In this document: positions 9,640 to 19,520 of the stretch, one piece after another
Layout of the letters: each line of letters starts with the position of its first letter
Position numbering within the stretch: the first letter of the stretch is position 1
Source of the DNA: Diplonema japonicum
Taxonomy: Eukaryota > Protista > Euglenozoa: Diplonemea
DNA: 64,000 bases
Assembly (NCBI GenBank): GCA_964019335.1
Contig: OZ025689.1
Span: 310,001-374,000 of the forward strand
Direction: 5' to 3'
The notes under the pieces: generated by a model
Told to the model about the DNA's origin: nothing
Databases searched by the model: none
The model's input: only the letters and a program-made list of their open reading frames with translations
Position numbers and translations under genes: made by a program

Positions 9640-11868
9640 TCAATTGGCAGGGGCGGGGGCCGGGCCCACAGAGGCTGCCCGTCCACGGCCGGCCCCGTTG
9701 GGGGAAGCAGAGTCGCCAGCCAGCGACTGGGCGCGTCCCCTTCCGCCCCCTTGCTCCGTCGATGTCGGGTAGGGGCCTGGCGTGCTTACGCCCTGCGCCT
9801 GGTGCCCCTTCGTCCCTGCCTTGGACCCAGCCTTGCCGCCCTTGCCCTTCCCAGCCACTGCCGTCCGCCCAGCTCCGTCTGCAGATGACGCCGGCGCGCC
9901 AAGTGACGCTGCCATCCTCTCCTGGAGGTCGCGGACCGTCGCCTGCAGACCGTCGATGGTCGCCTGCATCGACTGGATCAGCGCGAGGAGCGCCGGGACC
10001 TCTGGTTCCGGTGCGGGATTCTTCTTCTGGGAGTCACGGGGAGGTGTCGTGGTCGGGGAAGCCGCAGAGGAGACCGGAGTCACAGTGCCAAGTGGCGGAG
10101 GGGCAACCGAGCTCGGTGGAGATGACCACGGATTGGTGCTCGGCAGCCCTGTGGACTGCACCGTGGGGCCAGGGGCCGGCGTCGGCGTCTGGGCCGTGGT
10201 TGCCGCAACCGGCGTCCGAGCCGCGGGTGGAGCCTTCTTGTTGGTGCGGGGCGGGAGCGTGACGCTCGGGTGGTCTTCCGCGTCGTGCAGTCGAACGAGA
10301 CGAGAGCCGAAGAGCCATGTCCTGGCCTTGGGGGGCGGGGCGTCGGCGACGATGAAGAACACGAGTTGCCTCGTGCCCTGGAACGCCGTGTCAGAGCGTC
10401 GGATGATGGACGACGGCTTCCAACCGATGTGGTCCATCATCCCGTCGAAGGCTGCCCTGGTAACAGACAGCGGGGCTCCGGTGAGCAGGTACCGACGCTT
10501 TGTCCTCTGCTTGGCGAGGGCCTCCCTCAGACGCTGCTCCGTCTCCGGCAGGCACCTCACGGTCCAACCCTTGCGATGGGCCACCCCCAGGGACAACCCG
10601 CCCAGTGCCTTCGCCAGCTGGAAGGCCTCCGCCCTCCCCTCCGCTACGATGGGCACGTAGGTGTACCCCCCGCGCCGCTCGGTCGTCCTGACCATGCAGC
10701 CGTCGCCCGAGGCCCGGAGTACCGCATGGACGGATGCCGCCGGGAGCCGCAGGCCCACCTCGTGGCTCCAGTGCCGCGCCCGCGGCTCGTTCCCGTCGAT
10801 CTTCTTCGGGCGGAAGATCGCCTGCTCCTCCACCGCCACGCCCTGGGTCGCGACGAGGTCCCGAACCCTGGCCTTCGCCGCGTTCACGCTGTCAGCTTTC
10901 ACGCTGACGTACACTACCTCAGAGCCGCCATCAAAAGAAGCGAGTGGGGTGTAGGAGGGGGGGTTCGACCCGACCGAGAAGGTGTGCACGGCCTTGTGCA
11001 CGACACGCTGGCCGGCGAGTACGATGACGGTGCATGGGGTGGTCGAACCGGCAACCTCCGTCAAGAGGACGAAGGTCAGGGAGGCCGTGGGCCTCGCAGT
11101 GCGAATCGCGTCCACCTGCTGGAGGTCGTCGAGAGCGACGACGGCGCGGGGCACCTCCTCAGGGGGAGCAGTGTTGGTGTAGATGGGGGCGTCCCACGTG
11201 TCGGGGACCAGATCCCAGTGAGGCTCCGGGGCCGGTGCGGGAGCGGGGGCCGTGTCCTTCTCGTCGGTGTCAGAGTCCGACATGGGGAGGGCGGTGTCGC
11301 AGGCAGCGGCAGTGAGGACGGCAGTAGACCACACGGCAGCAGTAGAGGCTGGAGCAGGCGCAGGAGCAGGGGAGTCGGCAGCAGCAGGCGCAGGAGCAGT
11401 GGTGTCGGCAGCAGCAGGTGCAGGAGCAGGGGAGTCGGCAGCAGCAGGTGCAGGAGCAGTGGTGTTGGCAGCAGCAGGTGCAGGAGCAGTGGCAGTGGTG
11501 TCGGCGGCAGCAGTCCTCATCCTCGCCCTCCTGACCTCTGGCGTGTCGACCGTGAACGAGGTGACAACGCCCGGCGACTCGCTAATTAAGACGACAGAGT
11601 CGTCGGAGCCCGAAGCGGCGGCGGTGGCAGCGTCAGCAGCTGCTGCCTTCTGTCTGGCCCTTCTGGCCGCCTTCTTCCCTTGCCCGGGGGAGGGTGTCAC
11701 CACCGGCGTGACCCCCTCTGCGCGCTTCCTCTCCACCTCCTCGCGCGTGCGCTTCGCCCTGGCGGCGGCGTTGTCCTTTACCCGCTCACCGCGGGCTTTC
11801 TCCAGGATTTCTTCCGTCCTGGACTTGTGGTGAGCGGGCCTCTTTTTCTTCTTGTTGGAGGTCGACAT
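9640..11868 (-). CDS. E1 ORF1 (742 aa): basic N-terminus, Ala/Pro repeats, conserved central domain, C-terminal coiled coil
   Basis: ATG lies directly after the (GAAAA)n leader. The core WDLVPDTWDAPIYTN...LHDAEDHP is conserved with ORF1 of E2 and E3. Confidence 0.85.
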   Translation of the reverse strand: MSTSNKKKKRPAHHKSRTEEILEKARGERVKDNAAARAKRTREEVERKRAEGVTPVVTPSPGQGKKAARRARQKAAAADAATAAASGSDDSVVLISESPGVVTSFTVDTPEVRRARMRTAAADTTATAPAPAAANTTAPAPAAADSPAPAPAAADTTAPAPAAADSPAPAPAPASTAAVWSTAVLTAAACDTALPMSDSDTDEKDTAPAPAPAPEPHWDLVPDTWDAPIYTNTAPPEEVPRAVVALDDLQQVDAIRTARPTASLTFVLLTEVAGSTTPCTVIVLAGQRVVHKAVHTFSVGSNPPSYTPLASFDGGSEVVYVSVKADSVNAAKARVRDLVATQGVAVEEQAIFRPKKIDGNEPRARHWSHEVGLRLPAASVHAVLRASGDGCMVRTTERRGGYTYVPIVAEGRAEAFQLAKALGGLSLGVAHRKGWTVRCLPETEQRLREALAKQRTKRRYLLTGAPLSVTRAAFDGMMDHIGWKPSSIIRRSDTAFQGTRQLVFFIVADAPPPKARTWLFGSRLVRLHDAEDHPSVTLPPRTNKKAPPAARTPVAATTAQTPTPAPGPTVQSTGLPSTNPWSSPPSSVAPPPLGTVTPVSSAASPTTTPPRDSQKKNPAPEPEVPALLALIQSMQATIDGLQATVRDLQERMAASLGAPASSADGAGRTAVAGKGKGGKAGSKAGTKGHQAQGVSTPGPYPTSTEQGGGRGRAQSLAGDSASPNGAGRGRAASVGPAPAPAN
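11340..11510 (-). repeat. 30-bp coding tandem repeat (APAPAAAD[T/S][T/P]) in E1 ORF1
   Basis: Repeated gcagcagcagg(c/t)gcaggagcag units; the same repeat occurs in E3 at about 28695-28860. Confidence 0.8.
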
Positions 11869-12374
11869 GATTCTTTTCTTTTCTTTTCTTTTCTTTTCTT
11901 TTCTTTCCTTCCTGAGCTAGGGAGGCTGTGTTTTCTAGTTTTTTTTTTTTTTTTTTTTTCAAAATACCAATGCAGGGCCGCCATGGAGAGCAACACCTGA
12001 GAAAAGGGAAAAAAAAGGTGAAGGGAAACCATGGGGAAATAGGGAGGGCAATGGACCAGGCTTCTGCAAGCAGGAGGAGCCCTGGTCCCCCACCAACCCG
12101 TGCTCTGCTTTGGGACAGCCGAAGAGGGCTGAATTACATTTTTCCCTCAGTCAAGTGAGAGAAAAACGGGGGCCTACCTTCCAGCTGGATGTCCTTCTTT
12201 GGCTGGAACCTCCGGCGGAAAGCCCCCCAGGGAGGTATTGCTCCTATTGAGCGAATCATTGGTGAGTGTGAAAATAAAAAAAAGGGGAAATGGGAAACAG
12301 TGAGAGGAAGGTGAAGGAAGGGAAAGGAAAGTGGAAAACACAACATTTCACTTTACACACACGCGGGCGATCCC

Positions 12375-15300
12375 TTAGCGCAGCACGGGGGCCGCGGGAC
12401 CGGCGTCAAGAGAGACCGGAGGAGGGGGCGGCACGTTTGAAGGTGCAGTGACGTCTGTAGACGCCAGGGATGATGGCGAGGTGAACAGTCCGGAGCGTGA
12501 CCAGGCGAGCAGGCCAGACTCAACAACGAGGTCGTAGATCTGGGTCACGCGTCTCGACAGGGAGAAGGCTAGGGAGGGAGTACCAGCAGGAGTGTCGATC
12601 GCCCCCCTCCCGATCACAGGGCACCCACCGACAACATGCTCCCTGGACATCGGTGCTGCGTGGCAGGCTGGGCACCGGAGCACACCCTTGTGCTTCCTGT
12701 TCGGGCCAGCAGTCTGCAGGAAGCCGAAGAAGAGAGCCGAGTGACCAATCCGCAGCCGCGAGATGACCGTTTCAGCTTGTCTGGGGAAGCCAAGGGGGAA
12801 GTGCGCGGACCGAAGCTCGGTCGCCACCGCGTAGTTGTGGGCGAGGGATGTTATGAGCTCCGCGGACCTCCGCACCACCCACCGTCGCACCAGGGCCCTC
12901 ACTGATCGGTAGTCAAGGGAGGGCCTGTCCTGCTTCCGCTTCGTTCCCTCCCCGGCCAGAGCGTCAGCCTTCTCGTTCCCGTCCACCCCACAGTGGGAGG
13001 GCACAAACTGGAGGACCACCGGTGTCCCCTGCGTGCGCGCCGCGGACACCAGCCGGCTCCACGTCTGGTGGTCGAGCTTCTCCCTCTGTCGCGTTGGGCC
13101 AGCTCGCAGCTGCTCGACGAGGGAGAGGGAGTCGGTGCAGATCGACAGCGGGGACTTCGCCAGCGAAGGGTGTGTTTTTCGGAGGGTAGCCACCATATCC
13201 AGCGCCGTTTTCACAGCCATGCCCTCTGCCCGAAAAGATGAACAGAAGTCGTTGACGCCATGGCACACAGACACAGGGGTCAGGGGGGGAGGCAGCTGCA
13301 GATAAACCCCAGAGCCACCTTTCGCCTTCTGTCCGACCTGTACAACCGAGCCATCCGTGTAGGCATGGATGCCCGGGGGGAGAGCCGCAAGAGCAGCCTC
13401 GGCCGCCTTCCGCCTGTCCGCGTCTGGCGACGATCGCGTGACCCCGCCGGGGAGGTCAGTCCTGAAGTCGACCATGCCTGTCTGCCACGGGGCCGCCAGG
13501 GGCGTAGCCGACAGGTACTCGAAGTGCACCTTTGGTTCCAACCCGCATCGACGCAGTGCTTGGTAGCCAGAGCGCAGCCACCCACACCCCAGCCTGTTCG
13601 CCTGCTTCAGCTTGACCGTCTCCCTGTGAACCGGGGAAGACTGCCAGCAGAAGGCCTTCGCCGTCATCGTCGCCGCAGCACCCTCCGCCATTCTTTCGAG
13701 GGGAAGCAGTCCTGCCTCTGCTAGGAGCTTGTACCCTCCGGAGCCACTCCAGCAGCCCGTGATCAGCACCGCCGCCTCCTGGTGAAGCCCAGCCAGGTCC
13801 TTCCTCCCGACATCATCGAGCCTGCTGTAGTAGACCCCCATGCAGTAGCGCAGCAGCGGGAGGATGTACGTAACGTAGAGAGACCGCAGAGTGTCCCTCT
13901 TGCTGCCCCAGGACGTGCCAGACAAGAGCTTCAGCACCCTCAGCCTTTTGCTGGCCCGCCGTAGGATGTCCTGTGCGTGTTCACCGAACGTGAGCCCAGA
14001 GTCCACCGTAACCCCAAGGTACCTCGCGTGTTCAGACAGAGGCAGGGGACGGGCCGCAACGTAATCCACGTCGGGCCGTCGCACGGCTGCATGCATGTCC
14101 CGCACGCAGCGGATCCGCACACCACCCGCCTCCACAACCTGAAGGCCCGCCAGCTCCTGGTCCCCGGAGATCGTGCCATCGGCGTTCACCCCCAGGCCGA
14201 AGAGTGGGTTCTGGAAGGCACCTGGCTGAAGGGGGACTCGTGACGAAGTGAAGTAGACCCCGAGACGTTTCTGGGGGGGGACGCAGACTGCCTGCGTCTT
14301 GGACGTGCTCAGCAGCATGTCACGCTCCCTGCACCAGTCCTCAACCGCATCCACCACTGCCTGCGCCTTCCGCTCCAGCCCAGCCACGTCCCCTTGTCCA
14401 GAGGAGATCACAACCGCCACGTCGTCGGCGTAGAGCACCGAGACGTCCGCCAGTCCCTCCAGTCTCCTGGCGAGTTCGTCGACGTAGATGGTGTACAGGA
14501 TGGGACCCAAGACAGAGCCCTGGGGGACACCCCGTCGCACCTTCGTCGTCGACCCCCTCGACCGTCCAATCGTGACCGCAGCAGTACGGCCGCATAGAAA
14601 GGACCGCGTCCACTCCACGAAGGGTTCGGGGAGACCCTTCCCTCGCATCTTGTCCAGCAGGGCACCATGGGGCACCAGGTCGAAAGCAGAAGAGAAGTCG
14701 AACAGCAGAGCGGCCGAGAGACGTCGATCGTCTTTGTTCCTCGACATGCACTCAGTGAGGGTTGCCACCTGCTCCTCCGTGGAGCGGCCGCGTCTGAAAC
14801 CAGCCTGGCTGTCGTGGAGTCCCTCGACTCCCGTCCCGTCCGCGTCAAGAAGAAACGTGAGCCTCTCCTCGATCATCCTCTCCAGCAGCTTGCAGAGGCA
14901 GCTGGTCAGGCAGATCGGCCGGTAGGAAGCCAAGAGAGTCGCATCTTTTCCAGGTTTCGGTACCGGGACGATCACTCCCTTCTTCCAGGCACCGGGGACG
15001 ACACCCATCAGCCAGGAGCGATTGAGGAGTAGAAGGAGGACACCGAGGGAGTCCGAGTTCAGGTGTAGGAGCATCTCCGAGAAGATTCCGTCTTCCCCGG
15101 CCGCGCTGCGCGTCTTCATCCTTCTCAGGCCGCGGGTGAGGTCGTCCACGGTGAACGCTTGACACCCGAGTCTGCTTGCAGAAGGAGCGGCGTCCTTCGA
15201 GTTCCCGTCACCACGCCTGCCGTAGAGCTTAGCGAAGTGCGCCCCCAGCCGGTCGGCCTTCGCCTTGTCCGACACAAATCTTCCCTCGAGTACAGGAAGG

Positions 15301-16523
15301 TGTGTCTTTCGGTGCCTGCCGTCCAGCTTCTTCACCGCTCTGAACGCAGCCCCGAGGTCCTTGCTCCGGCTGAGGTCGGCCGCCATCCTTCCCCATGCCT
15401 CACGCTTCGTCTCGTCAAGGAGTCGGTTGACTTCCTTCACCTTCGCCCTGTACTCCTCCACCACGTCCGCCTCTTGAAGCAGGAGTTCGCGCAGGGTGTT
15501 CCGCTCTTCGAAGGCGTCCTCGAGCTCAGCAGTCCACCAGGGGGTCGGGCCACGTCGCATCCCACAGAGGGGAATGTGGTCGTTCGCCGCAGTCAAAAGG
15601 GCTTGTGTAAACCCCTTCGTGACAGAGTCAATCGGAGCCGCCGTGTCAACACCAGCAAGCAGGCGGGCAACAGCAGCAGTGTAGTCATCCCATCTGGCTT
15701 TTTTGAAATTCCAGGTGGGGAAGGGGCGCTCCGAACGGTAGACGTCCTCAAGAGGCAGGTGAAAGGATACGGGACTATGATCGGAGCCCCACGTGCCCAG
15801 CGTCTTCGGCTCAAGCTTCGCGCAGCGCCCCACAACCAGGTCCAGAACGTGTCGTGACGAGTCCCTCGTCGGTTCGTTGCGGTCGTTGTAGACGGTGTAC
15901 CCGTGGGTGTCCAGCCAGTCCCTGACCACGTTCCCCCTCTCGTTCGGCGTCGTCACCGTGGCGTCCCAGGAGCTGTGGTGAGCATTGAAGTCACCCGCTA
16001 TGACTGTGTTCTTCCCCATGGGAAGGCTGCCAGGCCGCAGGTACTCAGGGTCCCTCGTGCCTCTGCCCGCGCTTACCGGTGTAAGGTAAACGTTGGAGAG
16101 AGTGATCGGCTCACGCTTCTCGCAGGAGATCCTCACATCCAGTCTCTCAGTGACACAGTCCCCAGCCGGGAGTACGTGCGGAACCTCCTCCGAGGCAAGA
16201 TCGTCGCGGACATACGTGACAATACCACCACCCCTCGTCGCAGTGCCGTCAGTCACCGGTGTCAACCGATCCCTCCTGTATGACCTGTACCCAGGCAGGT
16301 GTGGCGTGTCGTGCCCTTCCCTCAGGTGCGTCTCCTGTATCATGATGATGTCCAGCGACAAGAAGTCAGCATGGCGAGATACGACGGTCCATTTCGCAAC
16401 GAGGCCGTTGCAGTTCCACGAGACAACCTTGAGACCCTTAGGCGACGGGGGCGGCAGCTTCTTGGGTGGGCCAGGGTTTGTTTCGACCAGCCCAAGCAGC
16501 CCCAGCAGGTCCCTGACGGACAT
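12375..16523 (-). CDS. E2 ORF2: 2A-like peptide, APE, RT, RNase H (1382 aa, intact)
   Basis: Same motifs as E1 ORF2, collinear along its whole length. Confidence 0.95.
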   Translation of the reverse strand: MSVRDLLGLLGLVETNPGPPKKLPPPSPKGLKVVSWNCNGLVAKWTVVSRHADFLSLDIIMIQETHLREGHDTPHLPGYRSYRRDRLTPVTDGTATRGGGIVTYVRDDLASEEVPHVLPAGDCVTERLDVRISCEKREPITLSNVYLTPVSAGRGTRDPEYLRPGSLPMGKNTVIAGDFNAHHSSWDATVTTPNERGNVVRDWLDTHGYTVYNDRNEPTRDSSRHVLDLVVGRCAKLEPKTLGTWGSDHSPVSFHLPLEDVYRSERPFPTWNFKKARWDDYTAAVARLLAGVDTAAPIDSVTKGFTQALLTAANDHIPLCGMRRGPTPWWTAELEDAFEERNTLRELLLQEADVVEEYRAKVKEVNRLLDETKREAWGRMAADLSRSKDLGAAFRAVKKLDGRHRKTHLPVLEGRFVSDKAKADRLGAHFAKLYGRRGDGNSKDAAPSASRLGCQAFTVDDLTRGLRRMKTRSAAGEDGIFSEMLLHLNSDSLGVLLLLLNRSWLMGVVPGAWKKGVIVPVPKPGKDATLLASYRPICLTSCLCKLLERMIEERLTFLLDADGTGVEGLHDSQAGFRRGRSTEEQVATLTECMSRNKDDRRLSAALLFDFSSAFDLVPHGALLDKMRGKGLPEPFVEWTRSFLCGRTAAVTIGRSRGSTTKVRRGVPQGSVLGPILYTIYVDELARRLEGLADVSVLYADDVAVVISSGQGDVAGLERKAQAVVDAVEDWCRERDMLLSTSKTQAVCVPPQKRLGVYFTSSRVPLQPGAFQNPLFGLGVNADGTISGDQELAGLQVVEAGGVRIRCVRDMHAAVRRPDVDYVAARPLPLSEHARYLGVTVDSGLTFGEHAQDILRRASKRLRVLKLLSGTSWGSKRDTLRSLYVTYILPLLRYCMGVYYSRLDDVGRKDLAGLHQEAAVLITGCWSGSGGYKLLAEAGLLPLERMAEGAAATMTAKAFCWQSSPVHRETVKLKQANRLGCGWLRSGYQALRRCGLEPKVHFEYLSATPLAAPWQTGMVDFRTDLPGGVTRSSPDADRRKAAEAALAALPPGIHAYTDGSVVQVGQKAKGGSGVYLQLPPPLTPVSVCHGVNDFCSSFRAEGMAVKTALDMVATLRKTHPSLAKSPLSICTDSLSLVEQLRAGPTRQREKLDHQTWSRLVSAARTQGTPVVLQFVPSHCGVDGNEKADALAGEGTKRKQDRPSLDYRSVRALVRRWVVRRSAELITSLAHNYAVATELRSAHFPLGFPRQAETVISRLRIGHSALFFGFLQTAGPNRKHKGVLRCPACHAAPMSREHVVGGCPVIGRGAIDTPAGTPSLAFSLSRRVTQIYDLVVESGLLAWSRSGLFTSPSSLASTDVTAPSNVPPPPPVSLDAGPAAPVLR

Positions 16524-16664
16524 CCTCCCGAGTAGGGTGGGGATCAGTGCAGAAAAGTCGGTGAAGAAACAGAGAGGTAGGAGTCTCCTGGGGAGGATGC
16601 GAGGGAGACTAGGAGAGGGAGCATGGTCGTAGATCTGCTGCTCCCCCTGTTCTGCGGGGCCCCT

Positions 16665-19520
16665 TCAATTGGATGGACCCATGGAGGCAGAGCGCCCCTT
16701 GACCCCATTGGTGAAGAGATCTTTGGTCTCCGCGAACGACCTGGCCCGCCCCCTCGTACCCAGGTTCGTCACCGCAGCCTCAGAGGTCGTAGCGAGAGGA
16801 GGAGCCCCCTTCTTCCCCTTCCCCTTCCCTTTCCAGACACTGTCGTGTGTCGTCGTCGCCCCCGGTGTAGGGTCCCGCGGCACTGCCGTTCCCGTCGTCA
16901 GCGTGGCCGCCTGCGGCAGGAGGAGGCGGAGCGTCGTCCGCAGATCGGAGATCATCTCCTGCTGAGAGTCGATCGTCCTCTGCAGCCCGACGATCGACTC
17001 CTTCAGCGTGGCGACGAGCTCAGTGAGAGCGGCGACCTCAGGCGACCCGGAAGGGACTCCCTCCTTGTTTCCCGCAGACACGTTGCGGGGCGGTGTAGGG
17101 GACGTCACAGTGTCGAGCTGGGGGGGAGCCACCGAGCTCGGTATGGACGCCCACGGGCTGGTGGGAGGAAGCCCAGTTGCTTTCACCGCAGGGCCAGTCT
17201 CCGAGGGTGTCGACGCCGATACAGGTGCCGGGTCAGGTACAGGTGTAGTAGGCGCAGGTGCAGGTACATGAGAAGATGTGGGTGCCGGGGTCGAGGACGT
17301 TGCAAGCGCAGGTGCAGATGCAGGTGTCGTCCTGTTGATGAGAGGGGGCGGCTTGACGGTCGGGTGGTCGTCCGCATCACGGAGACAGACAAGGCGCCCC
17401 CCAAGGAGCCACGTCCTGGACTTCGGGGGCGGGCTGTCGACGACGATGAAGAACACGAGTTGCCTCGTGCCCTGGAACATCGTCTGCGTGCGTCGCAGGA
17501 CGGAGGATGGTTTCCAACCGATGTGGTCCATCACTTCGTCGAAGGCCGCCCTGGTGATGGACGGCGGGGCCCCGGTGAGCAAAAACTTGCGCTTCGTACG
17601 CAGTTTTGCGAGGGTTTCCCGGAGCCGCTGTTCCGTCTCCGGTAGGCACCGCACAGTCCATCCCTTACGGTGCGCCACCCCGAGAGACAACCCACCCAGC
17701 GTCCCCGCAATCCGAAAGGCATCCGCCCTCCCTTCCGCCACGATGGGTACATAAGCGTACCCCCCGCGTCTCTCCGTCGTCCGCATTAAGCACCCGTCCC
17801 CGGACCGGCGCAGGACGGCGTGGACGTGTGCTGCTTGCAGGCGCAGTCCCACCTCGTGGGTCCAGTGCCTCGCCCGCGGTTCCTCCTCACCGAACTTCCT
17901 TGGGCGGAAGACCGCACGATCCTCCATCACCGCGCCCTGAGCCTTGGCGAGCTCCAGGACCCTGGCCTTCGCCTCCTTCAGGCTGTCTGCACTGACACAG
18001 ACGTAGACGACCTCCGATCCGCTGTTGAAGGTGGAAGGCGGGGTGTAGGTGGGGGGGTCCAGCCCGAACGTGGAGACGTGGACCCTCCTGTTCACTGCGC
18101 GCGACCCAGAGACCATGACAATCTCGCTGGGGGTGGTGACACCGGGGACCTCTGTCATAAGGACAAAGGTGATGGATGCCGTAGGTAACGCGGAGCACAC
18201 GACCCCCATTCCGGAGGGATCGTCGAGCGCAATGACAGCGCGGGATGTTTCCGTCGGGGGGGACACGTTGGTGTAGATCGGGGCGTCCCATGTGTCTGGC
18301 ACCAGGTCCCATCGCGGGGTTGTGGAAGGGGCAGGGGCAGGGTCGTCCTCCATCTCCTCAGGGCCAGAGCTGGTGTCAGAGTCTGAGCTGAGGAGGAGCG
18401 TGCCTTGGTCTGTTGACGCGTTGGCGGAAGCGTTCGCGACTGCTTCGTCCTCGACCTTCTGGGCATCTGCCTTCTTGGCGGCCGCCAACCTCAAAGCTTC
18501 CTCCTTTTTGGCAGCGGCTGCGGCGGCTTCCTTTTCGGCGGCGGCGGTGGCTGCGACCTTCTTCTTCTCCTCGGCGGCGGCGGCTGCGGCTGCGGTCTCC
18601 TTCTCGGCGGCGGCGGCTGCAGCTTGCTTCCTGGCGGCGTCGGCTGCGGCCTTCCTCTCGGCGGCGGCGGCGGCAGCGGCTTTCTTCTCGGCGGCGGCCT
18701 TCTCCTCGGCGGCGGCGGCGGCTGCTGCTTTCTTCTCGGCGGCGGCGGCGGCTGCGGCTTTCTTCTTCTCGGCTGCAGCGGCTGCGGCTGTAGCCTTCTT
18801 CTCCTCGGCTGCTTTCATCTCGGCCGCAGCACGCGCAGCCTCCTTCTCCTCTGCCGCAAGTCGTGCAGTAGACCGCTCGCGCAGAGCCTTCTCCTCAGCC
18901 TCGACTGCTCTGCGAGCAGCCTCCACACCAGCCACGCGTGCAGCTTCCGTCTCGGCTGCCATTTTGACAACAGCAGCATCAGCCACCTCCTGCGCAGCCT
19001 TCATCTAAGCAGCTATTTCTGCAGCTACCACGTCGGCCGACTCGCGTGCAGCTTCCAAATCAGCAGCGATTCCCGCGAGTTCGACGTCGGCCGCAGTGCG
19101 TGCGGCTTCGAGGGGGTGTGTGGCGTCAGCTATGTGTGCGGCTTCGGCGGCAGCGTCAGCGCGCGCGGCTCTGGCGGCCTTCCTCCTAGCTTTTTTGCTG
19201 GAGGTCGGGGTGGCGACGCTGGCGTCAGGCGAAACCGGCCTTTTGACGGAGCCGGTCGGGGTGGAGGCGACAGGTGTCGCTGGGCCGGCTGTAGCGGCGG
19301 CGGCGTCGGGCGTGAGGAGGTCAATTACGGTGACCACCCCCGTCATCTTCTCCCGGTGCTCCGGCGTCAGGAGCTGCCCCAGCTCCCCGGCTGCTCCAGC
19401 GCTGCGGAGCATCCTCTCCACCCGCCGCTCCTCCCTGGCCTTGGACTGGGCCAGCTGCGTGCTGGCCCCGTTCCCTTCCGGCTTTGCCTTCTCCTTGTGC
19501 TTGTCTTTCTTCTTGCCCAT
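16665..19520 (-). CDS. E2 ORF1, interrupted by one in-frame TAG at 19005-19007; long (A5EKK)-like helical expansion
   Basis: ORFs 19005-19520 and 16665-19004 are contiguous and in frame. The core is homologous to E1 ORF1. Confidence 0.8.

Larger units (their letters stand above)
4627..11911 (-). mobile_element. E1: full-length non-LTR retrotransposon (family A; ORF1 + APE-RT-RNase H), apparently intact
   Basis: (GAAAA)n 5' end, two ORFs, 3' UTR ending ATTGGTATTTTG-poly(A), flanked by the 27-bp TSD. Confidence 0.95.

Noticed and set aside
11869-11940. Pr77/HDV-like ribozyme at element 5' ends
   Set aside because: Only (GAAAA)n lies between the TSD and the ATG; no such fold is visible.
11340-18830. 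CRISPR-like or LTR repeats
   Set aside because: The repeats are coding low-complexity tracts or TSDs, with no repeat-spacer structure or long terminal repeats.
9640-19007. Genome-wide stop-codon reassignment explaining the in-frame TGA and TAG
   Set aside because: Conserved host genes (iPGAM, malate synthase, RPS13) have no internal stops and end at TGA or TAA at the expected positions.
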